32,000 nt of DNA. It comes from Pseudomonas aeruginosa (GTDB lineage: Bacteria > Pseudomonadota > Gammaproteobacteria > Pseudomonadales > Pseudomonadaceae). The translations under genes and the position numbers were made by a program. The stretch covers positions 4,620,001-4,652,000 of the forward strand of contig NZ_LN831024.1 of the NCBI RefSeq assembly GCF_001457615.1, read 5' to 3'. The notes beneath the pieces are model-generated. The model ran no database searches. It was not told the origin of the DNA and saw only the letters and a program-made list of their open reading frames with translations. Positions 7,190-15,361 of this stretch are shown here, in pieces; position 1 is the first letter of the stretch, and every line of letters begins with the position of its first letter.

Positions 7190-8433
7190 GCGCGCTCTTC
7201 CCCGCCGCCCCCGACGCCTTCGGTGCCGACGAACTGCTGCGCCTGCGCCGCGAGACCCCGGCCTGGGGCAGCTACGCGCACTTCGCCCATGGCTCCGCCA
7301 GCCTGCCGCCGCAGGTGCTCTACGAGGCCCTCGACAGCTGGCTGGAAGCCGAGCGGCGCTGGGGCGTGCAGCGCGCCGCCGAGCATTTCGCCGAGCCCTT
7401 GCTGGCGGTCCGCGACAGCGTCGCGCGAGTGCTCGGCACCCAGCCACGGCACATCGCCCTGCTCGACTGCGCCAGCCGCGCCTGGTCGGTGGCCTTTGCC
7501 GCGGCCCTGGCCGCCCATCCACGGATACGGGCGATCAGCAGCTTCGACGAATACGGTTCCAACAGCCTGTGCCTGCTCGCCGCGCGCCAGCAGCGCGGGG
7601 TGGAGCTGCGCCTGATCGACGCACGCGGCGACGCCGCACAGCTGTTGCAACGGCTCGACGAGCAGTTGCACGACCTCGCCCCCGGCCAGACGCCGCTGCT
7701 GTCGCTCAGCGCGGTGCCCACCGGGCATGGCGCGGCTACCGCGCTGGAGGGCGTGGCCGAGCGCATCCGCGCCCATGACGGGCTGTTCTTCCTCGATGCC
7801 AGCCATGCGGTCGGCCAGTTGCCGCTGGCGGTGGAGGCGATCGGCTGCGACGTGCTGGTGTTCCCGCCACGCAAGTGGCTGCGCGGGCCAAAGGGACTCG
7901 GCGTGCTCTATCTCGGCGAACGCGCCCTGGAGCGCCTGGCCCTGCCCGACGGGCTGGACGTCGGCGGCGCGCAATGGAGCGACGCCTTCGCCTTGCAGGC
8001 ACGGGATGACGCGCGGCGCTTCGAATGCTCGGAGTTCAACCCGGGGCTGCGCCTGGCGCTCAAGGCCAGTTGCGACTACCTGTTGCAGACCGACGTCCAG
8101 CGCATCGCCCGGCGCAACCGCCAGTTGCGCGAACGCATCGCCCAGCAGCTCTACCGCCGGCTCGGCTGGACGCCGCTGGAACAAGGGCCGCACGCCAGCG
8201 CGTTGATGACCTACGCGGCCCCCGAACTGAGCGGCGAGCAATGGCTGAAGCGCCTCCACGCGCGCGGCGTGAACGCCTCCTACATCGGCCCGCAGTATGC
8301 CCGCTGGGCGCTGCGCGAGCAGGCGCTGCCGGGGGTACTGCGCCTGACTCCGCACTACCTGACCGACGACAGCGAGATCGAGCGCCTCGGCGAGGCCCTG
8401 GAGGATTGCCTGCGACAGCGCGCCGCCAGTTGA
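7186..8433 (+). CDS. Class-V aminotransferase-fold PLP-dependent enzyme (cysteine desulfurase / epimerase / lyase-like)
   Basis: 415 aa. FFLDASHAVGQLPL and PPRKWLRGPKGLGVLY match the class-V D..H and PLP-lysine (sgHKxxGPxGxGxLY) motifs. Confidence 0.85.
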   Translation: MSALFPAAPDAFGADELLRLRRETPAWGSYAHFAHGSASLPPQVLYEALDSWLEAERRWGVQRAAEHFAEPLLAVRDSVARVLGTQPRHIALLDCASRAWSVAFAAALAAHPRIRAISSFDEYGSNSLCLLAARQQRGVELRLIDARGDAAQLLQRLDEQLHDLAPGQTPLLSLSAVPTGHGAATALEGVAERIRAHDGLFFLDASHAVGQLPLAVEAIGCDVLVFPPRKWLRGPKGLGVLYLGERALERLALPDGLDVGGAQWSDAFALQARDDARRFECSEFNPGLRLALKASCDYLLQTDVQRIARRNRQLRERIAQQLYRRLGWTPLEQGPHASALMTYAAPELSGEQWLKRLHARGVNASYIGPQYARWALREQALPGVLRLTPHYLTDDSEIERLGEALEDCLRQRAAS

Positions 8434-8435
8434 GC

Positions 8436-8508
8436 GACCTTGCGCGAATGGCAACGTTGCGCCGCCGTGCCGGCGGTTGGCGCAACGCCGGGCGATTTGC
8501 GCAAGGTC
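8436..8508 (+). repeat. Long nested imperfect inverted repeat (about 73 nt) immediately after the PLP-enzyme stop
   Basis: The outer arms GACCTTGCGCGAAT (8436-8449) and ATTTGCGCAAGGTC (8495-8508) pair over 14 bp with one G-U. The inner arms CGTTGCGCC (8455-8463) and GGCGCAACG (8479-8487) pair over 9 bp. A further GGCAACG-AGC-GTTGCC hairpin follows at about 8520-8535. Confidence 0.55.
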
Positions 8509-8721
8509 TTTGTGCCGGCGGCAACGAGCGTTGCCGAATGCGCCGCGCACGGCCGCCGCCATGCGGTTTAAATCCCTCTCGTAGAACAACGCATAACGAT
8601 CCCGCCAGCGACATCTTTCACCTGCCTGAGACACCGACGACTTTCGACGCCCTGGGCAGCCTTTCGGTCCCCCGCGGACCGCTCCGCCCTCAATGGAATG
8701 ATGAATGGAGGAAAGACGACC

Positions 8722-10017
8722 ATGACCGGATCCCGGAAAACCCTGATTCTCGGATGCGCCTCCACCGGCGCCAAGTTCACCCCGCGCAACCACGCCGCCA
8801 CCGGCGACCGCCTGCTCGACAGCATCTGCACCGGCGCCACCATCCGCACCGCCCCCGGCGAACTGCTGGACGAAGCGCGCCAGCTCTACGAGATGGGTTG
8901 CCGCTACTACCACTATCACGCGCGCAACCCGCTGACCCAGGAACAGACCACCGACAACGACATCTACCAGGCGGTCAGCCGCGCCCTGCAGAACCGCTTC
9001 CCCGACCTGATGTTGAGCTTCGGCGCCAGCCGCAACGGCAGCGAGGTGCAGGAGAACATCCGCCGCTTCGGCGAGTGGGAGCGGGTCAGCCACTGCGCCA
9101 TCCCGCTGCACCTGGGCGGTGCGCACTTCGTGACGATCCAGGCGGCCATCGAATTGCAGGTGATCTGCGAGCTGGAGAAGCAAAGGCGCAAGCTCGACCT
9201 CGACTATGCCTCCAGCCCGGCCTTCCTCGCCGACCTGCGCGACTACCAGCCGTCGACGGCGCTGGAAAAGGCCGAGTTGCAGACCCACTCCACCAGCAAG
9301 GGCGCCGACTACGGGGTGACCTCGCCGATGACCCAGTTCCAGGTCTACCGCAACGCCATCCAGGCGCGCCAGAAGCTCGGCCTGTTCCACGAGGTGGAGT
9401 GGGTGCAGCACGTGCGCAGCTACGCCATGACCCGTTTCGCCGTGGAGCACCCGCGCCTGCGCCTGGGCGGTTCCGGCCAGTTGAACGTGATCCTGCTGTT
9501 CGGCTTCTCGCCACGCCTGCCGTTCCCGGAGACCTACCAGCAGTTCCGCGCGGTGATCGAGAGCGCCAAGAGCCTGGAGTACGATATCGGCGAACCCGGC
9601 GTGCGCAAGCGCAAGGTCAGCATCACGGTCGGCGCGGCGGTGATGCCGCAGCATGCCGCGCAGCACTTCCGGCCGCTCGACGTCGGCCCTCGCGCCGGCA
9701 CCCCGCTCTGCGCGGTGCGCCGGCTGGCCGCCTATGCCGCGCAGGCGGACAGCCAGGTCGACGTGCTGCGGGTCGGCATGGAGGACACGCCCTATGCGGT
9801 GGACGATGACGGCCAGGTGACGCTCAGCGACAACTGCCAGTTGCTGCGCCAGGCTCTCGACGAACTGCGCGCCAACGGCGCCGAGGCCGAGCTCGACGGC
9901 GAACGGATCTTCCAGCGCATGGGCATGGAACGCACCCTCGGCGAATACCTGTCGCTGCAGCGCCTGCATCCGCTCGGCGAAGCCAACTTCACCCTCGCAC
10001 GGGAGTTCGTCCAGTGA
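8722..10017 (+). CDS. BKACE / DUF849 family enzyme (3-keto-5-aminohexanoate cleavage enzyme-like), enlarged variant
   Basis: The series of blocks follows the Kce-family order: LILGCASTGA, YYHYHARNP (HxH), LSFGASRNG, HEVEWV, ILLFGF, RVGMEDTPY (E-D). The start was chosen at ATG 8722, 9 nt after GGAGGA. The track start at 8698 is also possible. Confidence 0.8.
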   Translation: MTGSRKTLILGCASTGAKFTPRNHAATGDRLLDSICTGATIRTAPGELLDEARQLYEMGCRYYHYHARNPLTQEQTTDNDIYQAVSRALQNRFPDLMLSFGASRNGSEVQENIRRFGEWERVSHCAIPLHLGGAHFVTIQAAIELQVICELEKQRRKLDLDYASSPAFLADLRDYQPSTALEKAELQTHSTSKGADYGVTSPMTQFQVYRNAIQARQKLGLFHEVEWVQHVRSYAMTRFAVEHPRLRLGGSGQLNVILLFGFSPRLPFPETYQQFRAVIESAKSLEYDIGEPGVRKRKVSITVGAAVMPQHAAQHFRPLDVGPRAGTPLCAVRRLAAYAAQADSQVDVLRVGMEDTPYAVDDDGQVTLSDNCQLLRQALDELRANGAEAELDGERIFQRMGMERTLGEYLSLQRLHPLGEANFTLAREFVQ

Positions 10018-11261
10018 CCGCCGCCCTCGCCCCGAACCCCACCCAGCGCTACCGCTGGGTCATCCTGCTGATCGCCACCTTCGCCCAGGCCTGCGCCTGC
10101 TTCTTCGTCCAGGGCATCGGCGCGATCGCCGTGTTCATCCAGAACGACCTGCAACTCTCGTCGCTACAGATCGGCCTGCTGGTGTCGGCGGCGCAGCTGG
10201 TGCCGATCGTCGGCCTGCTGGTGGCCGGCGAGCTGCTCGACCGCTACTCCGAGCGGCTGGTGGTCGGCCTCGGCACGCTGATCGTCGCGCTGGCCCTCTG
10301 CGCCTCGCTGTGGGCCACCGACTACCTGACCATCCTGCTGTTCCTGGTGGTCGTCGGCGCCGGCTACAGCACGGCGCAGCCGGGCGGCAGCAAGTCGGTG
10401 TCACGCTGGTTCGCCAAGACCCAGCTGGGCTTCGCCATGGGCATCCGCCAGGCCGGGCTGCCGCTGGGCGGCGCGCTGTCCGCCGCGCTGCTGCCGTACC
10501 TGGCGGGGATCTACGGCTGGCGCAGCGCATTCCTCGCCGGCGGCCTGGTAGCGTTCCTCGGCGCGCTGGCCTTCATGCTCTTCTACCGCACCCCGCCGGA
10601 CGCCCCCGCGCCCGGCGCGAACCCCGCCGAACGCGACCTGGGCGCGGTGGTGAAGTCGCGGCTGGCGATGATCACCGATCCAGCGATGAAGAACATCGTC
10701 TGTTCCGGGGTGGCGCTGATCTCGGTGCAGTACGGCATCCTGGTGTTCACCGTGCTCTACCTGCACGAGACCCTGGAGATCGGCATCGGCATGGCCGCGA
10801 CCCTGCTGTTCGTCGCCCAGGGCAGCGGCGTCGCCGGGCGCATCCTGCTGGCCGCCTGGAGCGACCGCTGCCGCGCCGGGCGCTACTTCCCGGTGATGGT
10901 CTGCCTCGGCGCGGTGATCCTCGGCCTGCTGGCGCTGGTCCTGCTGCCCCTGCAATCGCCGTTGGGGATGGGCCTGGTAGTGGCCTGGCTGGGCTTCTTC
11001 GGCTTCGGCTGGTACGGTCCCTGGGTGGCCTATGTGGCGGATACCGCGCCGGTCGGCAAGACCGGCTTCGCCCTCGGCCTGGCGATGGCCATCAACCAGT
11101 TGGCGATCGTTCTCGCGCCGCCGGCGCTGGGGCTGCTCAAGGACTTCAGCCACAGCTTCGTCCCCGGCTGGCTGGCGCTCTGCCTGATGGCGGCGGTAGC
11201 CCTTGTGGTCACCGCCTGGAGCGGCCGCGGCCTGCCCACCGCGCTGCCACAGAAGCACTGA
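10014..11261 (+). CDS. MFS transporter
   Basis: 415 aa with about 12 hydrophobic spans. An MFS-like loop motif is present (GELLDRYSERLVV). The GTG start overlaps the BKACE stop (GTGA). Confidence 0.9.
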   Translation: MTAALAPNPTQRYRWVILLIATFAQACACFFVQGIGAIAVFIQNDLQLSSLQIGLLVSAAQLVPIVGLLVAGELLDRYSERLVVGLGTLIVALALCASLWATDYLTILLFLVVVGAGYSTAQPGGSKSVSRWFAKTQLGFAMGIRQAGLPLGGALSAALLPYLAGIYGWRSAFLAGGLVAFLGALAFMLFYRTPPDAPAPGANPAERDLGAVVKSRLAMITDPAMKNIVCSGVALISVQYGILVFTVLYLHETLEIGIGMAATLLFVAQGSGVAGRILLAAWSDRCRAGRYFPVMVCLGAVILGLLALVLLPLQSPLGMGLVVAWLGFFGFGWYGPWVAYVADTAPVGKTGFALGLAMAINQLAIVLAPPALGLLKDFSHSFVPGWLALCLMAAVALVVTAWSGRGLPTALPQKH

Positions 11262-11291
11262 AGCGATGACGGCCACGGCCGAGGAGGCACG

Positions 11292-11993
11292 ATGCGCGCG
11301 ATCCTGTTCGATGTGTTCGGTACCCTGGTGGACTGGCGTTCCAGCCTGATCGAGCAGTTCCAGGCGTTGGAGCGCGAACTCGGCGGGACCCTGCCCTGCG
11401 TGGAACTGACCGACCGCTGGCGCCAGCAATACAAGCCGGCGATGGACCGGGTACGCAACGGCCAGGCGCCCTGGCAGCACCTCGACCAGTTGCACCGGCA
11501 GAGTCTCGAGGCCCTGGCCGGAGAGTTCGGCCTGGCGCTGGACGAGGCCCTGCTGCAACGCATCACTGGCTTCTGGCACCGCCTGCGGCCGTGGCCGGAC
11601 ACGCTCGCCGGGATGCACGCGCTGAAGGCCGACTACTGGCTCGCCGCGCTGAGCAACGGCAACACCGCGCTGATGCTCGACGTCGCGCGGCACGCCGGGC
11701 TGCCCTGGGACATGCTGCTGTGCGCCGACCTGTTCGGCCACTACAAGCCCGACCCGCAGGTCTACCTCGGCGCCTGCCGCCTGCTCGACCTGCCGCCGCA
11801 GGAGGTGATGCTCTGCGCGGCGCACAACTACGACCTCAAGGCCGCGCGCGCCCTCGGCCTGAAGACCGCGTTCATCGCCCGGCCGCTGGAATACGGCCCC
11901 GGCCAGACCCAGGACCTCGCCGCCGAGCAGGACTGGGACCTGATCGCCAGCGACCTGCCGGACCTGCACCGGCAACTGGCGGCCTCGGCCTGA
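11292..11993 (+). CDS. HAD-superfamily hydrolase, L-2-haloacid dehalogenase (type II) subfamily
   Basis: [12 protein letters not shown] (nucleophile Asp motif), LSNGN and HYKPDPQVY motifs are present. A GAGGAGG RBS precedes the start. Confidence 0.9.
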   Translation: MRAILFDVFGTLVDWRSSLIEQFQALERELGGTLPCVELTDRWRQQYKPAMDRVRNGQAPWQHLDQLHRQSLEALAGEFGLALDEALLQRITGFWHRLRPWPDTLAGMHALKADYWLAALSNGNTALMLDVARHAGLPWDMLLCADLFGHYKPDPQVYLGACRLLDLPPQEVMLCAAHNYDLKAARALGLKTAFIARPLEYGPGQTQDLAAEQDWDLIASDLPDLHRQLAASA

Positions 11994-12099
11994 CCGACTT
12001 CCTCCTTCCTGCCCCCTGAACCGCTCGCCCAACCCGCGCGCCACGGCGCGCCGGGAAAGGCGCGCGCAGCGCCGGCACGCGTCCGGCAGGAGCTTCGTC

Positions 12100-13416
12100 A
12101 TGTCCGCGAAGGATACCCCGGCCCCCCAGGCCGCCGAGCCCGGTCGCGCCCAGCCGGTCGAAGTCCCCAGCGGCGGCCACTGGTGGCGCCGCCTGCTGGC
12201 CTTCGCCGGCCCCGGCTACCTGGTCGCGGTGGGCTACATGGACCCGGGCAACTGGGCCACCGACGTCGCCGGCGGCGCGCAACTGGGCTACCTGCTGCTC
12301 TCGGTAATCCTGCTCTCCAGCCTGATGGCGATGCTGCTGCAGGCGCTGTCCGCGCGCCTGGGCATCGCCAGCGGCCTGGACCTGGCCCAGGCCTGCCGCG
12401 AACGCTACTCGCCGAGCACCTGCCGCCTGCTGTGGCTGGCCTGCGAGACGGCGATCATCGCCTGCGACCTGGCCGAGGTGATCGGCACCGCCATCGCCCT
12501 GAAGCTGCTGTTCGGCCTGCCGCTGGCCTGGGGCGCGTTGCTCTGCGTGGGCGACGCGCTGCTGGTGCTGGTCCTGATCGGACGTGGCCAGCGGCCGCTG
12601 GAGGCCTTCGTGGTGGCGTTGCTGACACTGATCTTCGCCTGCTTCGCGGTACAGTTGCTGCTCTCGCGTCCCGAACTCGGCGAGGTGCTCCAAGGGTTCT
12701 TGCCGAGCCCGCGGGTGCTCAGCGACCCGGCTGCCCTGTACCTGGCGATCGGCATCGTCGGCGCGACCGTCATGCCGCACAACCTCTACCTGCATTCCTC
12801 GCTGGTGCAGAGCCGCGCCTACCCGCGCAGCCTTGCCGGCAAGCGCCAGGCGCTGCGCTGGGCGGTGGCCGACAGCAGCCTGGCGCTGACCCTGGCGCTG
12901 CTGGTCAACGCGGCGATTCTGATCGTCGCCGCCAGCGTGTTCCACCGCAACGGGCACACCGAGGTGGTCGATATCGAGCAGGCCCACGCGCTGCTCTCGC
13001 CATTGCTCGGCCTGGAACTCGCCTCGCTGCTGTTCGCCGTGGCGCTGCTCGCGTCCGGCCTCAACTCGACGGTCACCACCACCCTGGCCGGGCAGATCGT
13101 CATGGAGGGCTTCCTCCGCCTGCGCCTGGCGCCCTGGGCGCGGCGCCTGCTGACCCGGGGCGTCGCAGTGCTGCCGGTGCTGCTGGTGACCCTGCTCTAC
13201 GGCGAGGACGGCACCGCGCGGCTGCTGATCTTCAGCCAGGTGATCCTGTCGATGCAGTTGCCGCTGGCAGTGATCCCGCTACTACAGTTCGTTTCCGACC
13301 GGCGCCTGATGGGCCCGCTGGCGATCGGCGCCGGGACCCGGTGGCTGGCCTGGGCGGTAGCGCTGGCGATCGTCGGCCTGAACCTGCAACTGCTGGCCGA
13401 CTTCGCGTTCGGCTGA
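12100..13416 (+). CDS. mntH: NRAMP-family divalent metal (Mn2+/Fe2+) proton symporter
   Basis: 438 aa with the [19 protein letters not shown] signature (DPGN) and [19 protein letters not shown] precedes the start. Confidence 0.92.
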   Translation: MSAKDTPAPQAAEPGRAQPVEVPSGGHWWRRLLAFAGPGYLVAVGYMDPGNWATDVAGGAQLGYLLLSVILLSSLMAMLLQALSARLGIASGLDLAQACRERYSPSTCRLLWLACETAIIACDLAEVIGTAIALKLLFGLPLAWGALLCVGDALLVLVLIGRGQRPLEAFVVALLTLIFACFAVQLLLSRPELGEVLQGFLPSPRVLSDPAALYLAIGIVGATVMPHNLYLHSSLVQSRAYPRSLAGKRQALRWAVADSSLALTLALLVNAAILIVAASVFHRNGHTEVVDIEQAHALLSPLLGLELASLLFAVALLASGLNSTVTTTLAGQIVMEGFLRLRLAPWARRLLTRGVAVLPVLLVTLLYGEDGTARLLIFSQVILSMQLPLAVIPLLQFVSDRRLMGPLAIGAGTRWLAWAVALAIVGLNLQLLADFAFG

Positions 13417-13473
13417 GCATTGCCTGAGGGCACGCTGCGCGGTGCGGGACGCGCACTCAGGCAATGCTCAGCC
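13411..13473. terminator. 18-bp perfect inverted repeat spanning both convergent stop codons (hairpin, no U-tract)
   Basis: GGCTGAGCATTGCCTGAG (13411-13428) and CTCAGGCAATGCTCAGCC (13456-13473) flank a 27-nt GC-rich loop. The arms contain the mntH TGA and the TCA (reverse TGA) of the convergent gene. Confidence 0.5.
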
Positions 13474-13941
13474 ATCGAGACCGCGGGGAAAACGGTCGGC
13501 CACCAGGTTCAAGGCGATGCCGTGCTCCAGGCAGGCCTTGAGCCCGGCCAGCACCAGGGTGAAACCTTCGGTGGCGTCTACCACCCGCGGGATGACCTCT
13601 TCCGGGGTGCCGACGAAACCGCTGTTGCGGATGCTGACGAAGGTCCCGGCGCCGGGCAGTTCCTCGAACAGCCACTCCACCTGGGAAGGATTGCTGTCGC
13701 CATTCGGCCATTCGATGAGGATGCGGCGGTTCGTTTGCAGGTCTTTCACTTCGATTTCCTGGGAAACCCCGTACATGTCCCAGTGCCAGCGCAGCCGTTT
13801 CCCGGCTTCGAGGCGGGCATCGCCGCGGCTGAACCAGAACCTGGCGGTGATGGCCGGATCGACGAAGGCTTCGAAGACCTCGGCGATGGGGCGGCGGATC
13901 AGCATTTCCGCCTTGGCGACGACCTGTGCGACGGCAGTCAT
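13468..13941 (-). CDS. SRPBCC / Aha1-like (START-fold) protein, downstream partner of ampDh3
   Basis: 157 aa. IRRPIAEVFEAFVDPAITARFWF is a typical N-terminus of AHSA1/SRPBCC small proteins. A GGAGGA RBS precedes the start. It lies 68 nt downstream of ampDh3 on the same strand. Confidence 0.8.
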   Translation of the reverse strand: MTAVAQVVAKAEMLIRRPIAEVFEAFVDPAITARFWFSRGDARLEAGKRLRWHWDMYGVSQEIEVKDLQTNRRILIEWPNGDSNPSQVEWLFEELPGAGTFVSIRNSGFVGTPEEVIPRVVDATEGFTLVLAGLKACLEHGIALNLVADRFPRGLDG

Positions 13942-13969
13942 GGCAAGTCCTCCATGGGGGTGGGCAAGG

Positions 13970-13997
13970 GAGCGGCCGCCGCATCGGGCGGCCGCTC
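13970..13997 (-). other. Intercistronic 11-bp GC hairpin between ampDh3 and the SRPBCC gene
   Basis: GAGCGGCCGCC (13970-13980) and GGCGGCCGCTC (13987-13997) flank a 6-nt loop. No U-run follows on the minus strand. Confidence 0.5.
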
Positions 13998-14009
13998 GCG
14001 GTTAATGGC

Positions 14010-14777
14010 TCAGGCCGGGTATTTCTCGTTCAGAGCGTAGAGGATCGCCGCCGTCTCCACATCCAGCGCGCCGTCGTAGTTCTCCGGGCGGAAATGCATC
14101 TGGAAGGCGCGCAGCAGGCTGGTGAAGTAGGCATCGTCGACCGTCGCCGGCAGCGCATAGCCGTACAGGCGGAACGCCTCCAGCAGGTCGGCGCGCGGCG
14201 GCAGGCCGTCGCGCTCGAAGCCTTCGCGATAGCGATCGCGGGTGGCGTCGTCGTACCAGGCGCCGATACCGGCCTCGTAGAGTTCCTTCCAGGGCAGCTT
14301 CGGCCCCGGGTCGGACTTGCGCCCGACGGCGATGTCGGAGTGGCCGACCACGTTCTTCGGGGTCATGTCCGGGTAGCGCTGCAGGATGTTCTTCGCCAGT
14401 TGCTTGAGTGCGTTGATCTGCGAGCGCTCGTAGTCGGGGAAGGTGAACACGCCGTCGTCGTCGCGGGCGAGGTTGACGATCTCGATGCCGATGGAGGTGT
14501 CGTTGAGGTTGTCGCGGCGCGCCCAGCCGCTGACGCCGGCGTGCCAGGCGCGGTCTTCCTCGGCGACCAGGTTGAAGATGCGCTGGCCCTTGAAGCCGGC
14601 GGCCTTGTAGCTGGGGTCATGCGGCGCCGGGATCAGGTAGTGGGCACTGGCGGCGCCGGTGGTCAGCGCCTTGACCGAGGCGGCGAAGTCGAGCGCGGTG
14701 TAGTGCAGCACCAGGAAGCGCACGCGTTTGCCGTAGGGGGTAGTGGTGCGATAGCTGTTGTAGTCGATGGTCAGCAT
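14010..14777 (-). CDS. ampDh3: N-acetylmuramoyl-L-alanine amidase AmpDh3 (amidase_2 / PGRP fold)
   Basis: MLTIDYNSYRTTTPYGKRVRFLVLHYTA...RAWHAGVS...IGIEIVN contains the zinc amidase_2 motifs. I recognise it as P. aeruginosa AmpDh3. The ATG at 14777 has AAGGTG 6 nt upstream; the track GTG at 14786 lies inside that RBS. No signal peptide is present. Confidence 0.9.
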   Translation of the reverse strand: MLTIDYNSYRTTTPYGKRVRFLVLHYTALDFAASVKALTTGAASAHYLIPAPHDPSYKAAGFKGQRIFNLVAEEDRAWHAGVSGWARRDNLNDTSIGIEIVNLARDDDGVFTFPDYERSQINALKQLAKNILQRYPDMTPKNVVGHSDIAVGRKSDPGPKLPWKELYEAGIGAWYDDATRDRYREGFERDGLPPRADLLEAFRLYGYALPATVDDAYFTSLLRAFQMHFRPENYDGALDVETAAILYALNEKYPA

Positions 14778-14919
14778 GGTTTTCACCTTTTTGCGGATGA
14801 TGGAAAGCCCCCGGCCACAGGCTCGCCTGTAGCTAGGGACGTCGATGCAGCGATGAGGTTCAGGGGCCGGCCAAGGAAACGCGGACCCCGTCTAAACCGG
14901 AAGGAAGAAGACCGGGCAT

Positions 14920-14948
14920 AAAAAAGCCCGGCACGCGGCCGGGCAAAA
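14920..14948 (-). terminator. Rho-independent terminator on the minus strand
   Basis: The minus strand reads GCCCGGC-CGCGT-GCCGGGC followed by TTTTTT. The stem arms are 14926-14932 and 14938-14944, and the U-run is 14920-14925. No minus-strand ORF lies between it and the gene ending at 15404. Confidence 0.7.
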
Positions 14949-15126
14949 GGGATACACCAAAGGCAAGCCCCAGCGAACTGGGGGTGCGGGGGCTCACCGA
15001 GGCCACTGAACGATGGCGTTATGACAGCACCCGGCACAACCGAACTTTAAGTTGGCCGGACGCCGTGCGGGCGCACCCCAGAGCCTTTCGCACCGGTCGC
15101 CGCCCGCTGCGTCCGGTTGCGCGGCG

Positions 15127-15165
15127 GGCAGAAACGACGAAGCCCGGCGCTGGGGCCGGGCTTCG
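15127..15165 (-). terminator. Second minus-strand terminator-like hairpin (11-bp stem, U-poor tail)
   Basis: CGAAGCCCGGC (15138-15148) and GCCGGGCTTCG (15155-15165) form the stem. On the minus strand the stem is followed by TCGTTTCTGCC. Confidence 0.4.
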
Positions 15166-15361
15166 AGGGCGACCACGGGAAACGTGATCATGGGAAAAAA
15201 CTACCGCGAGCGTCCCGCCGCGTGCAACACCGTTCGTCCGTTGGCCGCTCTACTTTGCACTTCTTCACAAAGTTCACCAATAGCCATACAGACCCTCGAC
15301 AGAGTGACTACTACTCTATCCACGCCAGGTCCGATTGCTCCTCCATCTCCTGGCATTCCCG

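Noticed and set aside
7012-9969. 985-aa minus-strand ORF antisense to the PLP-enzyme and BKACE genes. A second ORF of identical length lies at 26523..29480, antisense to acnD.
   Set aside because: The translations are Arg/Ala/Gly/Pro-rich low-complexity sequence with no family motifs. Both overlap plus-strand genes with clear conserved-family signatures. Long antisense ORFs are expected at this GC content. The equal length is coincidental, as the two sequences are unrelated.
14787-15200. Riboswitch upstream of ampDh3 (I compared by eye with cobalamin, c-di-GMP-I, SAH, TPP and ZTP cores), and a Mn riboswitch (yybP-ykoY) upstream of mntH (11994-12099).
   Set aside because: None of the conserved core sequences I remember for these classes is present. 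In addition, a strong terminator separates the structured segment from the ampDh3 start by 130 nt. The mntH leader is only 106 nt of GC-rich sequence without the yybP-ykoY motifs.
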